Origin: an uncultured Acidobacteriota bacterium
GTDB taxonomy: Bacteria > Acidobacteriota > Thermoanaerobaculia > UBA5066 > DATFVB01
Direction of reading: 5' to 3'
DNA length: 64,000 bases
Assembly (NCBI GenBank): GCA_963813155.1
Contig: CAWEYG010000002.1
Span: forward strand, 384,001 to 448,000
In this document: positions 28,612 through 38,389 of the stretch, in pieces
Numbering within the stretch: the first letter of the stretch is position 1
Layout: every line of letters starts with the position of its first letter
The notes under the pieces: generated by a model
What the model was told of the DNA's origin: nothing
Database searches by the model: none
The model's input: the letters and a program-made list of their open reading frames with translations, nothing else
Made by a program: the position numbers and the translations under genes

Positions 28612-30237
28612 CTAGGCGTGAACTCCGGGGGCTTCCCGTCCTGTCCGGGCCACGTACTCCGAGTAAGACCCCGGGTAGAGATGCGGCGGCTCGTCTCCTC
28701 CGATCTCGAGAACCCGGTTCGCGAGGCCTCGCAGGAAAACCCGGTCGTGGGAGACGAACAGCATCGTGCCCTCGAAATCGGCGAGCGCCGACACGAGCAT
28801 CTCCTTCGTCGCGAGATCGAGATGGTTCGTCGGCTCGTCGAGCACGAGGAAATTCGGCGGATGGAACAGCATCCTCGCGAGCACGAGCCGCGACCGTTCG
28901 CCCCCCGAGAGGGCGCGGATCGGCTTGTCCACCTCGTCGCCCGAGAACTGGAAGGCGCCGAGGAGGCTCCTCGCCGCCGAAACGCTCTCCATGGGGAAGT
29001 CCTTCTCGACCTGTTCGAGGACCGTCAATTCGGGGTCGAGGAGCTCCAGCGCCTGCTGCGCGAAGTATCCGAGCGTGAGGCTCGCCCCGAGCTTGACGGC
29101 GCCGGCGTCGGGCCGCAGCGCTCCCGCCGCCATTTTCAGAAGCGTCGTCTTGCCCGCGCCGTTCCGGCCCATGACGCACCAGCGTTCCCCGCGCCGCACG
29201 AGGAAATCGAAGTCGGAATACAGCCGCCGTTCGCCGTAGGCTTTCGAGATCTTTGAGAGCGACAGGACCTCGTCGCCCGACCGCGCCGGCCGCCGAAAGT
29301 CGAACTTCACCGACTGGCGGCGGCGCGGCAGCTCGATGGTCTCGATCTTTTCGAGCTTCTTGACCCGGCTCTGGACCTGGGCCGCCTTCGCCGCGTGCGC
29401 GGAAAACCTCTCGATGAACCGCTGCTCCTTCGCGAGCATGGCCTGCTGGCGCGCGTGCGCGGCCTCCCGCTGCGTCTCGCGGAGCTGCCTTTCGCGCTCG
29501 TAGAAGTCGTAGTCGCCGGAGTACGCGATGAGCTCGCCGCCGTCGATCTCGACGATCCTGTTCACGACCCGGTTCATGAAGTCGCGGTCGTGGCAGGTCA
29601 TCAGCAGCGACGCCGGACTGGCCCGAAGGAATTGCTCGAGCCAGAGGATCGATTCGATGTCCAGGTGATTCGTCGGCTCGTCCATCAGGAGCACGTCGGG
29701 TTTGCCGAGCAGCACCTTCGCCATCGAGACGCGCATCTTCCAACCGCCGGACAGCGCTCCCGCGTCGCCGTCGATCGCCACGTCCTCGAAGCCGAGCCCG
29801 TGGAGCACCTCGCGGGCGCGCGCTTCGAGCTCGTAGCCGCCGCGGTGCTGGTATTCCTCCTGCACCTCGCCGAAGCGCGCGAGGATGCTCTCCTGCTCGT
29901 CCGGGCGGTCGGGCGCCGACATCGCGTGCTGGAGCGACTCCAGCTCGTGGTGGAGGTCGCCGAGCCGTCCGCTTCCGGCGATCGCCTCGTCGAGCACCGA
30001 CCGGCCCGACATTTCGTCGATCTCCTGGCGGAAATAGCCGAGAGTCAGCTTCTTCGGAACCGACACGTCGCCGTCGTCGGCGTGTTCCTCGCCCGTGATC
30101 ATCCGGAAAAGCGTCGTCTTGCCGGAACCGTTCGGGCCGACGAGGCCGACCTTCTCTCCGGGATTCAGCTGGAACGACGCGTCCACGAAAAGGATCTGGC
30201 GGCCGTACTGTTTGAAAATCTTGGCGAATGAAATCAC
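28612..30237 (-). CDS. ABC-F family ATPase
   Basis: Two ABC domains (GPNGSGKT/LSGGW/DEPTNHLD and GRNGAGKT/LSGGE/DEPTNHLD), no TM segments. Confidence 0.95.
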   Translation of the reverse strand: MISFAKIFKQYGRQILFVDASFQLNPGEKVGLVGPNGSGKTTLFRMITGEEHADDGDVSVPKKLTLGYFRQEIDEMSGRSVLDEAIAGSGRLGDLHHELESLQHAMSAPDRPDEQESILARFGEVQEEYQHRGGYELEARAREVLHGLGFEDVAIDGDAGALSGGWKMRVSMAKVLLGKPDVLLMDEPTNHLDIESILWLEQFLRASPASLLMTCHDRDFMNRVVNRIVEIDGGELIAYSGDYDFYERERQLRETQREAAHARQQAMLAKEQRFIERFSAHAAKAAQVQSRVKKLEKIETIELPRRRQSVKFDFRRPARSGDEVLSLSKISKAYGERRLYSDFDFLVRRGERWCVMGRNGAGKTTLLKMAAGALRPDAGAVKLGASLTLGYFAQQALELLDPELTVLEQVEKDFPMESVSAARSLLGAFQFSGDEVDKPIRALSGGERSRLVLARMLFHPPNFLVLDEPTNHLDLATKEMLVSALADFEGTMLFVSHDRVFLRGLANRVLEIGGDEPPHLYPGSYSEYVARTGREAPGVHA

Positions 30238-30269
30238 GGAGCGCGGACGATATCACGCGGGGTCCGAGC

Positions 30270-30375
30270 CCCGAATCGGCCGCCCGGCAAGGCGCTCCGC
30301 TCGGCAAGTCTTCTCGCGCCTCGGCCGCAGTTCGCTTTCCCTCGGCAGCTCGAAGACCAGCCTGCGCGGAGCGCC
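30270..30375 (-). repeat. Dispersed palindromic element, copy A (intergenic)
   Basis: 27-nt core 30319-30345 (CCTCGGCCGCAGTTCGCTTTCCCTCGG) identical to 52536-52562; stems GGCGCTCCGC/GCGGAGCGCC and GTCTTC/GAAGAC. Confidence 0.85.
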
Positions 30376-30383
30376 CTCGAGGT

Positions 30384-31178
30384 CTAGAACGTGCCCTGGA
30401 GGAGCCCTCCGTCCACGGCGAGCGAAACACCGGTGAGATAGCTCGCCCGGTCGCTGCAGAGGAACGCGGCGACCGCCCCGATCTCGGGCGGTTCGGCCGA
30501 GCGGCGGAGCGGAATCGTCTGCGAAGAGCGCTGCTCGTATTCCTCGACGGAGATCCCCGCCTCCCGCGAGCGGATCGCGGCGAGCTCGATCTGCCGGTCG
30601 GTCTTCACATAGCCGGGCAGCAGGGCGTTGACGAGGATCCCGTCCGGCGCGAGCTGGTTCGCCATCGTCTTCGTGAGGGCGGAAATCCCGGCCCGCAGGG
30701 TGCTGCTCACGGTCAGGATGTCCGACGGCTGTTTCGCGACGAAGGAGGTGATGTGGAGGATACGGCCGTGTTTCTTTTCCCGCATGCCCGGGATCACGAG
30801 CTTCGAGGTCCGGATCACGTTCAGGAGAGTGAGCTGAATGCCCTCGGTCCACTGCTCCTCGGAGAGATCCAGGAAGCGCGCCGCGGGCGGGCCTCCCGTG
30901 TTCGTCACGAGGATGTCGACGGAGCCGAGCGTTTTGGCCGTCTCGGCGTGCCAGCGCTCCAGCTCTTCGGCCTTCCGAACGTCGGTCGGGAAAGCGAGGA
31001 CTTCGCCGGAAGGATAGCGGGACCGCATCGCGTTCCTGGCGGTCTCGAGCGATTCCTTCCCGCGAGCGGAGATCGAAACGCGGCACCCCTCGGCGAGGAG
31101 AGCCTCCGCGATCGCGCGCCCGATCCCCTTGCTCGCCGCCGCCACCATGGCGACCCGGCCCTGAAGTCCGAGATCCAC
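30384..31178 (-). CDS. SDR family oxidoreductase
   Basis: AAASKGIG, VTNTGGPP, VNALLPG, YLTG..LAVDGG. Confidence 0.9.
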   Translation of the reverse strand: MDLGLQGRVAMVAAASKGIGRAIAEALLAEGCRVSISARGKESLETARNAMRSRYPSGEVLAFPTDVRKAEELERWHAETAKTLGSVDILVTNTGGPPAARFLDLSEEQWTEGIQLTLLNVIRTSKLVIPGMREKKHGRILHITSFVAKQPSDILTVSSTLRAGISALTKTMANQLAPDGILVNALLPGYVKTDRQIELAAIRSREAGISVEEYEQRSSQTIPLRRSAEPPEIGAVAAFLCSDRASYLTGVSLAVDGGLLQGTF

Positions 31179-31191
31179 TTTGCGCCGTCCT

Positions 31192-32203
31192 CTATCTCGA
31201 CGACGTCGGGGCCGCCGGCGCGTAGCTGATTTTTCGTTCGATCGAGCCCTCGAACGGCTTTCCGTCGACTTCCGCGTAGGGATACACGAAATAGTTCAGC
31301 GGCGGGCCCGCCTGCCGCGGCTCGAGCGTCAGGTCGCGCCCGGTGCTGAAACGGATTCGATTCGCGTCCAGGCTGCCGAAGAAGTAGTCGTGCTTCGCCG
31401 GCGCTTTCCAGGCCTCGGAGATGTCGACCGGAACCCAGCCCGTCTTGTCCAGGTAGAACTCCGCCCAGCAGTGGTATCCGGCGATTTCGCCCGCCGGCGC
31501 CTCGGCGAGCGGAAACCCGATCTCGAACCGCGCCGGAATTCCCTGGGCTCGCATGAGCGAGATGAACACGGAATGGAAATCGGTGCAGTTCCCGCGTCGG
31601 GAATCGCACGCCCACAGGGAGTCCCCGCGGCCCCAGCCTTCGCCTGACTTGTCGTATTTCATCGTCCGAAAGACGTAGTCGTAGATCGCGCGAGCTTTCT
31701 CGAGGGGCGAGACCTTCCCGGCCGTGATCTCGTCGGAGAGCTGGCGAAACTTCCCGTCGATCGGAACGAGCCGGTCGGCCCGGAGATACCGGCCGAGGTC
31801 CTGCGGCCTCGCGGCGGCGCTCGACGCTCCCGAGGCCGGTCCCGCCGAATATTCGCGGCGGCTCGCGCGAAAACCGAGGCGGAACCGAACGTCGGCGCGC
31901 GACGGGTCCGGAGACCTCGACGTAGAGCGATTCGTTGCCGTATTCCGGGTCGGTCGTCCGCCGCGTCGCGACGGCGCTCGTCACGCTCTTCAGCTCGACG
32001 GTCTGGTGATCGTCGCTCGAGGCCAGCGGAATCCAGATTCGCGCGGATTTCGCCGTCGCGGGGAAGTTCTTGAGAACGATCTCCTCCTGAAGGTCGAACG
32101 CCCGGCTCGCGTCCGGCTTCGCGTCGCCCTTCGAACCCGACGGGCCGACGGCCACGGCAGCCGCCGCCAGCAGGAGAACCCGGAAAATCGCCCGCCTCTT
32201 CAT
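31192..32203 (-). CDS. Secreted transglutaminase-like protein (frameshift near 31900)
   Basis: Signal peptide; RIWIPL; GNCTDFHS, YHCWAEF, WVPVD (Cys-His-Asp triad). Confidence 0.88.
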
Positions 32204-32224
32204 GAGAGTTTCATCTTCGGAATC

Positions 32225-33696
32225 TTAGACGTCGGGGGCGGGAAGGCGCAAGCCGCGCGGAATGAACGCGCGGTCGAGGCCCTGGAAGAGGAATTCGACC
32301 GCGAGCGCCAGGAGCGCGGCGGGAACCGCGCCCTGCAGGATCGTCGCGTGATCGTTCAGGTTGAGGCCGCTCAGGATCGGCTCCCCCAGTCCTCCCGCGC
32401 CGATCAGCGCCGCGAGCGTCGCGGTCCCGACGTTGATGACCGCGCTCGTCTTGACTCCCGCGAGAATCGACCGCGACGCCATCGGCAGGAGGACCTTCCG
32501 CAATTGCGCGCTTCGCGACAGGCCGATCGCTTCGGCCGATTCCCGCAGTCCCGGCGGGATGTCCTGCAGGCCCGTCGCCGTGTTGCGAATGATCGGCAGC
32601 AGGCTGTAGAGGAAAAGCGCAAGGATCGCCGTGGCGGGACGAATCCCCAGAAACGGGACGGGCACGAGCAGCGCGAGAAGGGCGAGCGCGGGGATCGTCT
32701 GGACGATTCCCGCCGCCCCGAGGATCACGCTTCCGGCGGCCGGTTTGCGAAAAGCGAGAATCCCGAGCGGAATCCCGGCGAGCACGGCGAACGCCAGCGA
32801 GATCGAGACGAGCTCCAGATGGCGCGCCGTCCACCGGCCGATCTGGGCCGCCGGGCTCCGCGCCGCGCCGGTTCGCGCGCCGAAGTACAGCGCCGCGGCC
32901 GCCGCGTAGTTTTTCGTGCGTTCGGCCTCCGCGTTCAGGCGCGTCATCGCGGCCTCGTCGAGCGTTCCGGAGAGGGACGCGAGCGCGGCGACGGCCGGGC
33001 CCGGGAGATCCGCGCGGTAGAGAAAAACGGCCTGGTACTGCGGAAAGTAGCCCCGGTCGTCCTGGAGAACGACGAGGTCGTCCTGCGCGATGCGCGCGTC
33101 GGTCGAGTACGCGTCCTTGACGTCGAGCGCCCCGGCCGCGAGCGCGGCGTAACCGATGGCATGGTCCACGCCGCGGACGTCGCGCATCGAAAGCGCGTAG
33201 CGGGCCGCGAGGGGCTCCCAGCCGTCCCGTCGCTTCAGGAACTCGTGGGTCAGGCCGACCGCGATCTCCGGGTGCCGCCGAAGGTCGCCGATCGTCCGGA
33301 TTCCGAGCTCCCCGCGCGCGTCCTCCGCATGACGAGCGCGTACGTGTTGTCGAAACCGAGGGGATCCGTCATCGAGACCCCGAGAGGCGCGAGCGCGGCT
33401 CGAATCGCGGCCAGGGACGGCCGGTCCGGGCGCCGCAGGATCTCCTCGGAGATCGTGCCCGTGTATTCCGGGTAGACGTCGATCGCGCGCGTTTTCAGCG
33501 CCTGCCACAGGATGATCGTGCCGCCCATTCCCGGCCGGTGCTCCGCCGCGACGCCGGCGCGGCCGAGCGCCGTTTTCGCGATCTCCGCCAGCACATACGA
33601 CTCCGTGAACTTCTTCGAACCGACCGCCACGGGGCGGGCTCCCGCACGCGTCGGGATCGCCGCGGCGAGAGACAGCAGCAGCCAGCGCCTCAGCAC
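32225..33696 (-). CDS. Osmoprotectant (glycine betaine/choline) ABC fused substrate-binding/permease (frameshift near 33325)
   Basis: VGSKKFTESY, DVYPEYTGT, GFDNTYAL, FPQY, QTIPALALL, IGAGGLG. Confidence 0.9.
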
Positions 33697-34457
33697 GACA
33701 GGCCCCTCTGCGATCGGACGAACTCCGCCACGAAGGGATTCGCGGGACTGTCCCGGAGATCTCCGAGCGAGCCTTCCTGGACGATGGACCCCTCGTTCAG
33801 CAGGACGATCCGGTCGGCGAGGAAGGAGGCCTCCGCGAGGTCGTGCGTGACGAGCACCACCGTCCGGGAAAGACGGCGAAAGATCTCGCGGAGGTCTTCC
33901 TGCAGCTTCGATCTCACCATGGGATCGAGGGCGGCGAGCGGTTCGTCGAGGAGGAGCAGCTCCGGGTCGAGAAGCAGGGCCCGCATCAGCCCGACCCTCT
34001 GGCGCTGGCCGCCCGAGAGTTCCGACGGATACCGGGACAGCGCGTCGAGAGGAAACCGCGTGAGCGCCGAGAGCTCCTCCAGGCGCAGCCGAAGCTCCGA
34101 CTCGCTCCTCCGGAGATGGCGGCCGAGCAGCAGGACGTTGTCCCTCGCCGTCAGGTGGGGAAAGAGACCCCCGTCCTGGACGACGTATCCGATCCCGCGG
34201 CGAACGGCGAGCGCGTTCCGGGGCGCGACCCTCTCGCCGCGGAACAGGACGGTTCCTTCGTTCGGAGGGGCGAGCCCGAGGACGAGGCGCAGGATCGTCG
34301 ACTTCCCGGAGCCGCTCGGTCCGATCAGCGCGACGGTCTCGCCGGGGAATACCCGGAGCTCCACCCCCGAAAGCGCGGGGGTGCCGCCGAAACTCTTGCG
34401 AACTCCGCGCAGCTCGACCAGCGGCTCGACGGGGGAAACGCTCGCTTGCGGCGGCAA
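33690..34457 (-). CDS. Osmoprotectant ABC transporter ATP-binding subunit
   Basis: GPSGSGKST, GYVVQDGGLFPHLT, LSGGQRQR, DEP, VTHD. Confidence 0.92.
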   Translation of the reverse strand: MPPQASVSPVEPLVELRGVRKSFGGTPALSGVELRVFPGETVALIGPSGSGKSTILRLVLGLAPPNEGTVLFRGERVAPRNALAVRRGIGYVVQDGGLFPHLTARDNVLLLGRHLRRSESELRLRLEELSALTRFPLDALSRYPSELSGGQRQRVGLMRALLLDPELLLLDEPLAALDPMVRSKLQEDLREIFRRLSRTVVLVTHDLAEASFLADRIVLLNEGSIVQEGSLGDLRDSPANPFVAEFVRSQRGLSC

Positions 34458-34473
34458 TTCGCCGAGATTATAG

Positions 34474-34506
34474 AAAAAAAAGCGCCGGATCTTCGCATCC
34501 GGCGCT
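34474..34506 (-). terminator. Rho-independent terminator
   Basis: AGCGCCGGAT..ATCCGGCGCT with a U8 tract on the minus strand. Confidence 0.85.
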
Positions 34507-34528
34507 CGAAAAGAAATCGCAGGAAGGG

Positions 34529-35167
34529 CTATTTCCGCAGGAGGTGCACTCCGGCGGCGCCGCCAACCGCGAGAAGGCCGACGAGTCCGAGGAGAGGAAG
34601 ATCGCTGGCGGTCTTCGGCAGCTCCGTCGGCGCGGGGGCCGGTTCGGGGGCGGGCGCGTTATTTTCCGCGATCGGCGCGGGAGCCGGAGCCGGGGCTTCG
34701 GCGATTTCCGTGGTCTTCGTTTCGGTCTGCATCGGGGTCTGCGTCACGGTTCCGACGTTCTCCGCGACCCAGGTCGCCTTGCCGCTCGTGAACTTCTCGC
34801 CCCACTCGTCGCCCGGATAGAACCAGGTGTCGAGAGCGGGATGGCCGTTCGCGCTCGTGTACGTGAACTGCGCCTGCTCGTCGGTCTGCTGCTTGGTGTC
34901 GAGGTTGCGGCGGACCTTCTGGGTCACGACGGTCGTGAGGATGTTCTTGTCGTTCTCGTCGCTGACCTGCACCTGCACCTTGCCGTCCTTGAAATCGAGG
35001 ACCTTCAGGGTGTACGTGCCGGGCTGCAATACCGTGCCGGACACTTCGGTCGGTTCCGAGACGTTGATCTTGGTGTTGCGCTGGACCGGCGTCGATCCCT
35101 GAGCCAGCATCAGGTTCGCGAACCCGAGGAACGCCATGGATGCGAAGAGGGTTTTCAGATATTTCAT
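34529..35167 (-). CDS. Secreted protein with LPXTA sortase sorting signal
   Basis: Signal peptide; LQPGTY, WFYPGD domain; Pro/Ala linker; ELPKTASDLPLLGLVGLLAVGGAAGVHLLRK. Confidence 0.85.
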   Translation of the reverse strand: MKYLKTLFASMAFLGFANLMLAQGSTPVQRNTKINVSEPTEVSGTVLQPGTYTLKVLDFKDGKVQVQVSDENDKNILTTVVTQKVRRNLDTKQQTDEQAQFTYTSANGHPALDTWFYPGDEWGEKFTSGKATWVAENVGTVTQTPMQTETKTTEIAEAPAPAPAPIAENNAPAPEPAPAPTELPKTASDLPLLGLVGLLAVGGAAGVHLLRK

Positions 35168-35231
35168 CGGTTTCTCCTTCAAGGGCGGAGAAATGCAAAT
35201 CCTCTGCCAGAAATGGAGCCTCCCCCGGGGC

Positions 35232-36395
35232 TCAGGAGGCGGGCTTGCGGAAGGCGGCGAGCAGCGTGACGTCGTCGTAGAGCTCCCGGTCCCCGGTGTG
35301 TCGGCTCACGGCGTCAGAGATCGTCTCGACGAGGGAAGACGCCGACGGCAGGGGCTTCTCGAGCAGGGCGAGAAGGCGATCCTTCGAAAAGAACCCTTCC
35401 GCGCCCTTCGCGTCCGTGACGCCGTCGGTGTACGCGAGGAGACACTCGCCCGGGTCCATCGTCTCGCGGGCGATCCCGAACACGGAATCGGGAAACAGCC
35501 CGAGCGCCGGTCCCGTCGGCGGAAGCTCCCGCCGGCCGCGGTGCGGTCCGAACACTAGAGCAGGCTCGTGCCCGGCGTTGACGTAAACGAGCGACCCGGT
35601 TGCGGGATCGAGCACGGCGAAGAACACCGTCGCGAACATGTTCGCTCGGCCGTGCGTCACGGCGATGTAGTCGTTCGTCAGGCGAATCGTCTTCTCGAGC
35701 GTGGCCTCGGCGGTCTCCGTTCGGGCTCCTCCGGCCGAGGCTCGCAGCAGCGTCCGAAACAGCGCCATGAACAACGCTGCGCCCACTCCCTTGTCGCAGA
35801 CGTCCGCGACGACGAGCCCGACGACGCCGCCGGGAAGATCGAAGGCGTCGTAGAAGTCCCCGGCGCACTGCCGGGCGGGCTCGAAGCGCGCCGCGATCTC
35901 CCACCCCTCCGGCTGCGGCAGGAATTCGGGAAAAAACGTCGATTGAATCTGGCGGCCGATCTCGAGCTCCCGTTCGAGACTCTGGGCGCGCGACCGCTCG
36001 CGATCGCGAAGGCGTTTCTTCTCGAGAGAGGCGTCGACCCGCGCCTTCAGGAGAGTCGGATTGAACGGCTTCGGAAGATAGTCCTCCGCGCCGAGTTCGA
36101 TACACCGGACGACGGTCTCCAACTCCTCGCTGGCCGAGATCATGATCACCGGGATGTGGCGAAGCGATTCGTCCGCCTTCATCCGCGCGAGCGCTTCGCG
36201 CCCGTCCAGCTCCGGCATCATGACGTCCAGCAGAACGAGGTCGAACAAGCTGCCCGCGAGCATTTCCAGCGCGACGCGCCCGTTCTCGGCTGCCGCGACT
36301 TCGTGCCCCTGTTTTTGCAGGCGGCGGGTCAGCACGTCCCGATTCATCTCGTTGTCGTCGACGACGAGGAGCCGAAAGGGAATCTCGCCGCTCAC
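35232..36395 (-). CDS. REC-PP2C (RsbU/RsbP-like) phosphatase
   Basis: VVDDNEMNRD..LLDVMMP..KPFN; GDFYD, ADVCDKG, NAGH, YTDG, DDVT. Confidence 0.92.
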   Translation of the reverse strand: MSGEIPFRLLVVDDNEMNRDVLTRRLQKQGHEVAAAENGRVALEMLAGSLFDLVLLDVMMPELDGREALARMKADESLRHIPVIMISASEELETVVRCIELGAEDYLPKPFNPTLLKARVDASLEKKRLRDRERSRAQSLERELEIGRQIQSTFFPEFLPQPEGWEIAARFEPARQCAGDFYDAFDLPGGVVGLVVADVCDKGVGAALFMALFRTLLRASAGGARTETAEATLEKTIRLTNDYIAVTHGRANMFATVFFAVLDPATGSLVYVNAGHEPALVFGPHRGRRELPPTGPALGLFPDSVFGIARETMDPGECLLAYTDGVTDAKGAEGFFSKDRLLALLEKPLPSASSLVETISDAVSRHTGDRELYDDVTLLAAFRKPAS

Positions 36396-37237
36396 CCGGC
36401 GGCTAGGAGCTTGCGCAGGTAGGGCACCTGTTCCCGGGCCGCGCGCTCCCCTTCCTCGATGATCATGGGGATCTTCGACGTCGCGAAGAGCCCGATCCGC
36501 TCCGGAAACGTCGGAATGATCGAGATGACTTCCGCGTGGTGGGCCATGCTGTGGAACGCGAAGTTCGAGCGGAGCAGGTTGTTCGTCATGATGCTGCTCA
36601 ACTGGAACGCGAAACGGGCCGCGGAGTTGATGGAGGTCTGGTACGGGCTCTCGAACCCCATCGCAACGATCACGTTCGCGCCTTCGCGCATCGCGACCCC
36701 GACCGGGAGGGGATCGGACATGAAACCGTCGATCAACAGCCGGCCGTCGATCGTCCAGGGCCGAAAGATGAAAGGAATCGCGATGCTCGCCCGGAGAGCG
36801 TCGACGACGCTGCCGCGCGAGAGAACGACCTGCTCGCCGGTCCGGAAATCGGTCGCGGTCAGGAACAGGGGGGTTTTCATGTCTTCGATCTTCTGGTCCC
36901 CGTAGGCGTCGCGAAGCCGCTGCAGGATGAGGCGGTCGTCTTTCAGGCCAAAGTCCTCCGAAAACCCGAGGACGCCCGGCAGGAACGCGCGCAGAAGAGA
37001 ACGGGTGTGCCGCTTCGCGGTCAGGTCGCGGGTCCACAGCCGGCGCGTCAGGTCGATCGCGGTCTCGACGTCGAGCCCGGCCGCGAGCAGGGCGGCATAG
37101 ATGCTCCCGCCGCTGCACCCGACGACGAGGTCGATGCCGATTCCCTCCGCCGCGAAAACCCTCTGAAGGCCGAGGGCCGCGGCGCACTTCACGCTGCCGG
37201 AACCGATGACGAGCGCGACGCGCTTCCCCGTGCTCAC
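36392..37237 (-). CDS. Patatin-like phospholipase
   Basis: ALVIGSGSVKC, GCSGG nucleophile elbow, ASIAIP, LIDGF. Confidence 0.88.
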   Translation of the reverse strand: MSTGKRVALVIGSGSVKCAAALGLQRVFAAEGIGIDLVVGCSGGSIYAALLAAGLDVETAIDLTRRLWTRDLTAKRHTRSLLRAFLPGVLGFSEDFGLKDDRLILQRLRDAYGDQKIEDMKTPLFLTATDFRTGEQVVLSRGSVVDALRASIAIPFIFRPWTIDGRLLIDGFMSDPLPVGVAMREGANVIVAMGFESPYQTSINSAARFAFQLSSIMTNNLLRSNFAFHSMAHHAEVISIIPTFPERIGLFATSKIPMIIEEGERAAREQVPYLRKLLAAG

Positions 37238-37573
37238 GATCCGAAGCTCGCGACCGCGGACTCGACGTCGGGAAAGATCTTCACGATGCTCGTGAACCCG
37301 GAGAGGTTGAGCACTTTCCAAACGTCCGGGCGCACCCCCGCGAGCCGGAAATCGCCCCCCTGCTGGCGCGTGTCCTTGACCGTCGCAAGCACCGCGCGCA
37401 GTCCGGCGCTGCTCATGAACTCGACCTCGCGCAGATCCGCGACGAGTTTCGTCCTTCCGGCACGGACTTCGCCGCCGAGCGAGGCGAGGAGATCGGCCGC
37501 CGTCAACCCGTCGACGCTCCCCTGGATCGCAACGACGGTTGGCACGTTCCATGGAAATGATCTCAATCTGCAT
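37234..37573 (-). CDS. STAS anti-sigma factor antagonist (frameshift near 37545)
   Basis: DLREVEFMSSAGLRAV (phosphorylatable Ser), VLNLSGF. Confidence 0.88.
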
Positions 37574-38021
37574 TCGGATCTCCCTTCGATTCTTCGAGAC
37601 GGCGATCGCGCCGCTTGACGAGCGTGAGGCGGTTTCCGCCGTCCGGGCTCGATTCGTACTCGACGCCGTCGACCATTTTCCTGATCAGCCACCAGCCGAG
37701 CCCGCCGATCTTCCGTTCTTTCCAGCCCGAGGCCAGGTCCGGCTCGGGCAGCGCCTCCGGCTCGAACGGCGCGGCCACGTCGGCGACCGTGACGACGAAG
37801 CGCTCCGGGTCGGAGCGGAACGTCAGCGAGATCGGCCCCGGTTCGCGGCCCGCGTAGCCATGCGTGATGACGTTGACGCACGCTTCCTCGACGGCGAGCT
37901 TCACCGCGAACTGGTCTCCCGCGCCCGCGCCGGCGCGCGCGCACGCTTCCGAAATGAAGTGGAGCAGCGCGGGGAGATTCTCGAGCCTCGCTTCCCGCGT
38001 GATCTCGCATTTCTCGGTCAC
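37563..38021 (-). CDS. Anti-sigma factor / Ser kinase (RsbW-like HATPase)
   Basis: LAVEEACVNVITHGY, D..APFEP, GGLGWWLI. Confidence 0.88.
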   Translation of the reverse strand: MTEKCEITREARLENLPALLHFISEACARAGAGAGDQFAVKLAVEEACVNVITHGYAGREPGPISLTFRSDPERFVVTVADVAAPFEPEALPEPDLASGWKERKIGGLGWWLIRKMVDGVEYESSPDGGNRLTLVKRRDRRLEESKGDPNAD

Positions 38022-38389
38022 GCCCGGCTCGCCAGGAGAGCTTCGATCTTGCCGAGGAGCCGGGGAAGGTCGACCGGTTTCGTGTCGAAATCGTCGCAAC
38101 CCGCCTCGAGGGCCCGGTCGCGATGCTCCGACATGGCGTGCGCGGAGAGCGCGAGGATCCGGATCGGCCTCGTTCGGGGATCGGCCTTGAGCTTCCGCGC
38201 CGCTTCCCAGCCGTCCAGCACGGGCAGGTTCAGGTCCATGAGGATCAGGTCCGGCGAATCCGCGGCAGCGCGGAGGACCCCTTCTTCGCCGTCGGACGCC
38301 GTCACGACGTCGAAGCCCTTGCGCGTCAGTCTCCGCGACAGCATGTCCCGGTTGAGCTCGTTGTCCTCGATCAGAAGGATCTTAGCCAT
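38018..38389 (-). CDS. Single-domain response regulator (DivK-like)
   Basis: [24 protein letters not shown]. Confidence 0.92.
   Translation of the reverse strand: MAKILLIEDNELNRDMLSRRLTRKGFDVVTASDGEEGVLRAAADSPDLILMDLNLPVLDGWEAARKLKADPRTRPIRILALSAHAMSEHRDRALEAGCDDFDTKPVDLPRLLGKIEALLASRA

Noticed and set aside
30270-30375. Element copies as CRISPR repeats or integron attC sites
   Set aside because: Copies are kilobases apart and in both orientations, with no spacers, cas genes, integrase or RYYYAAC/GTTRRRY boxes.
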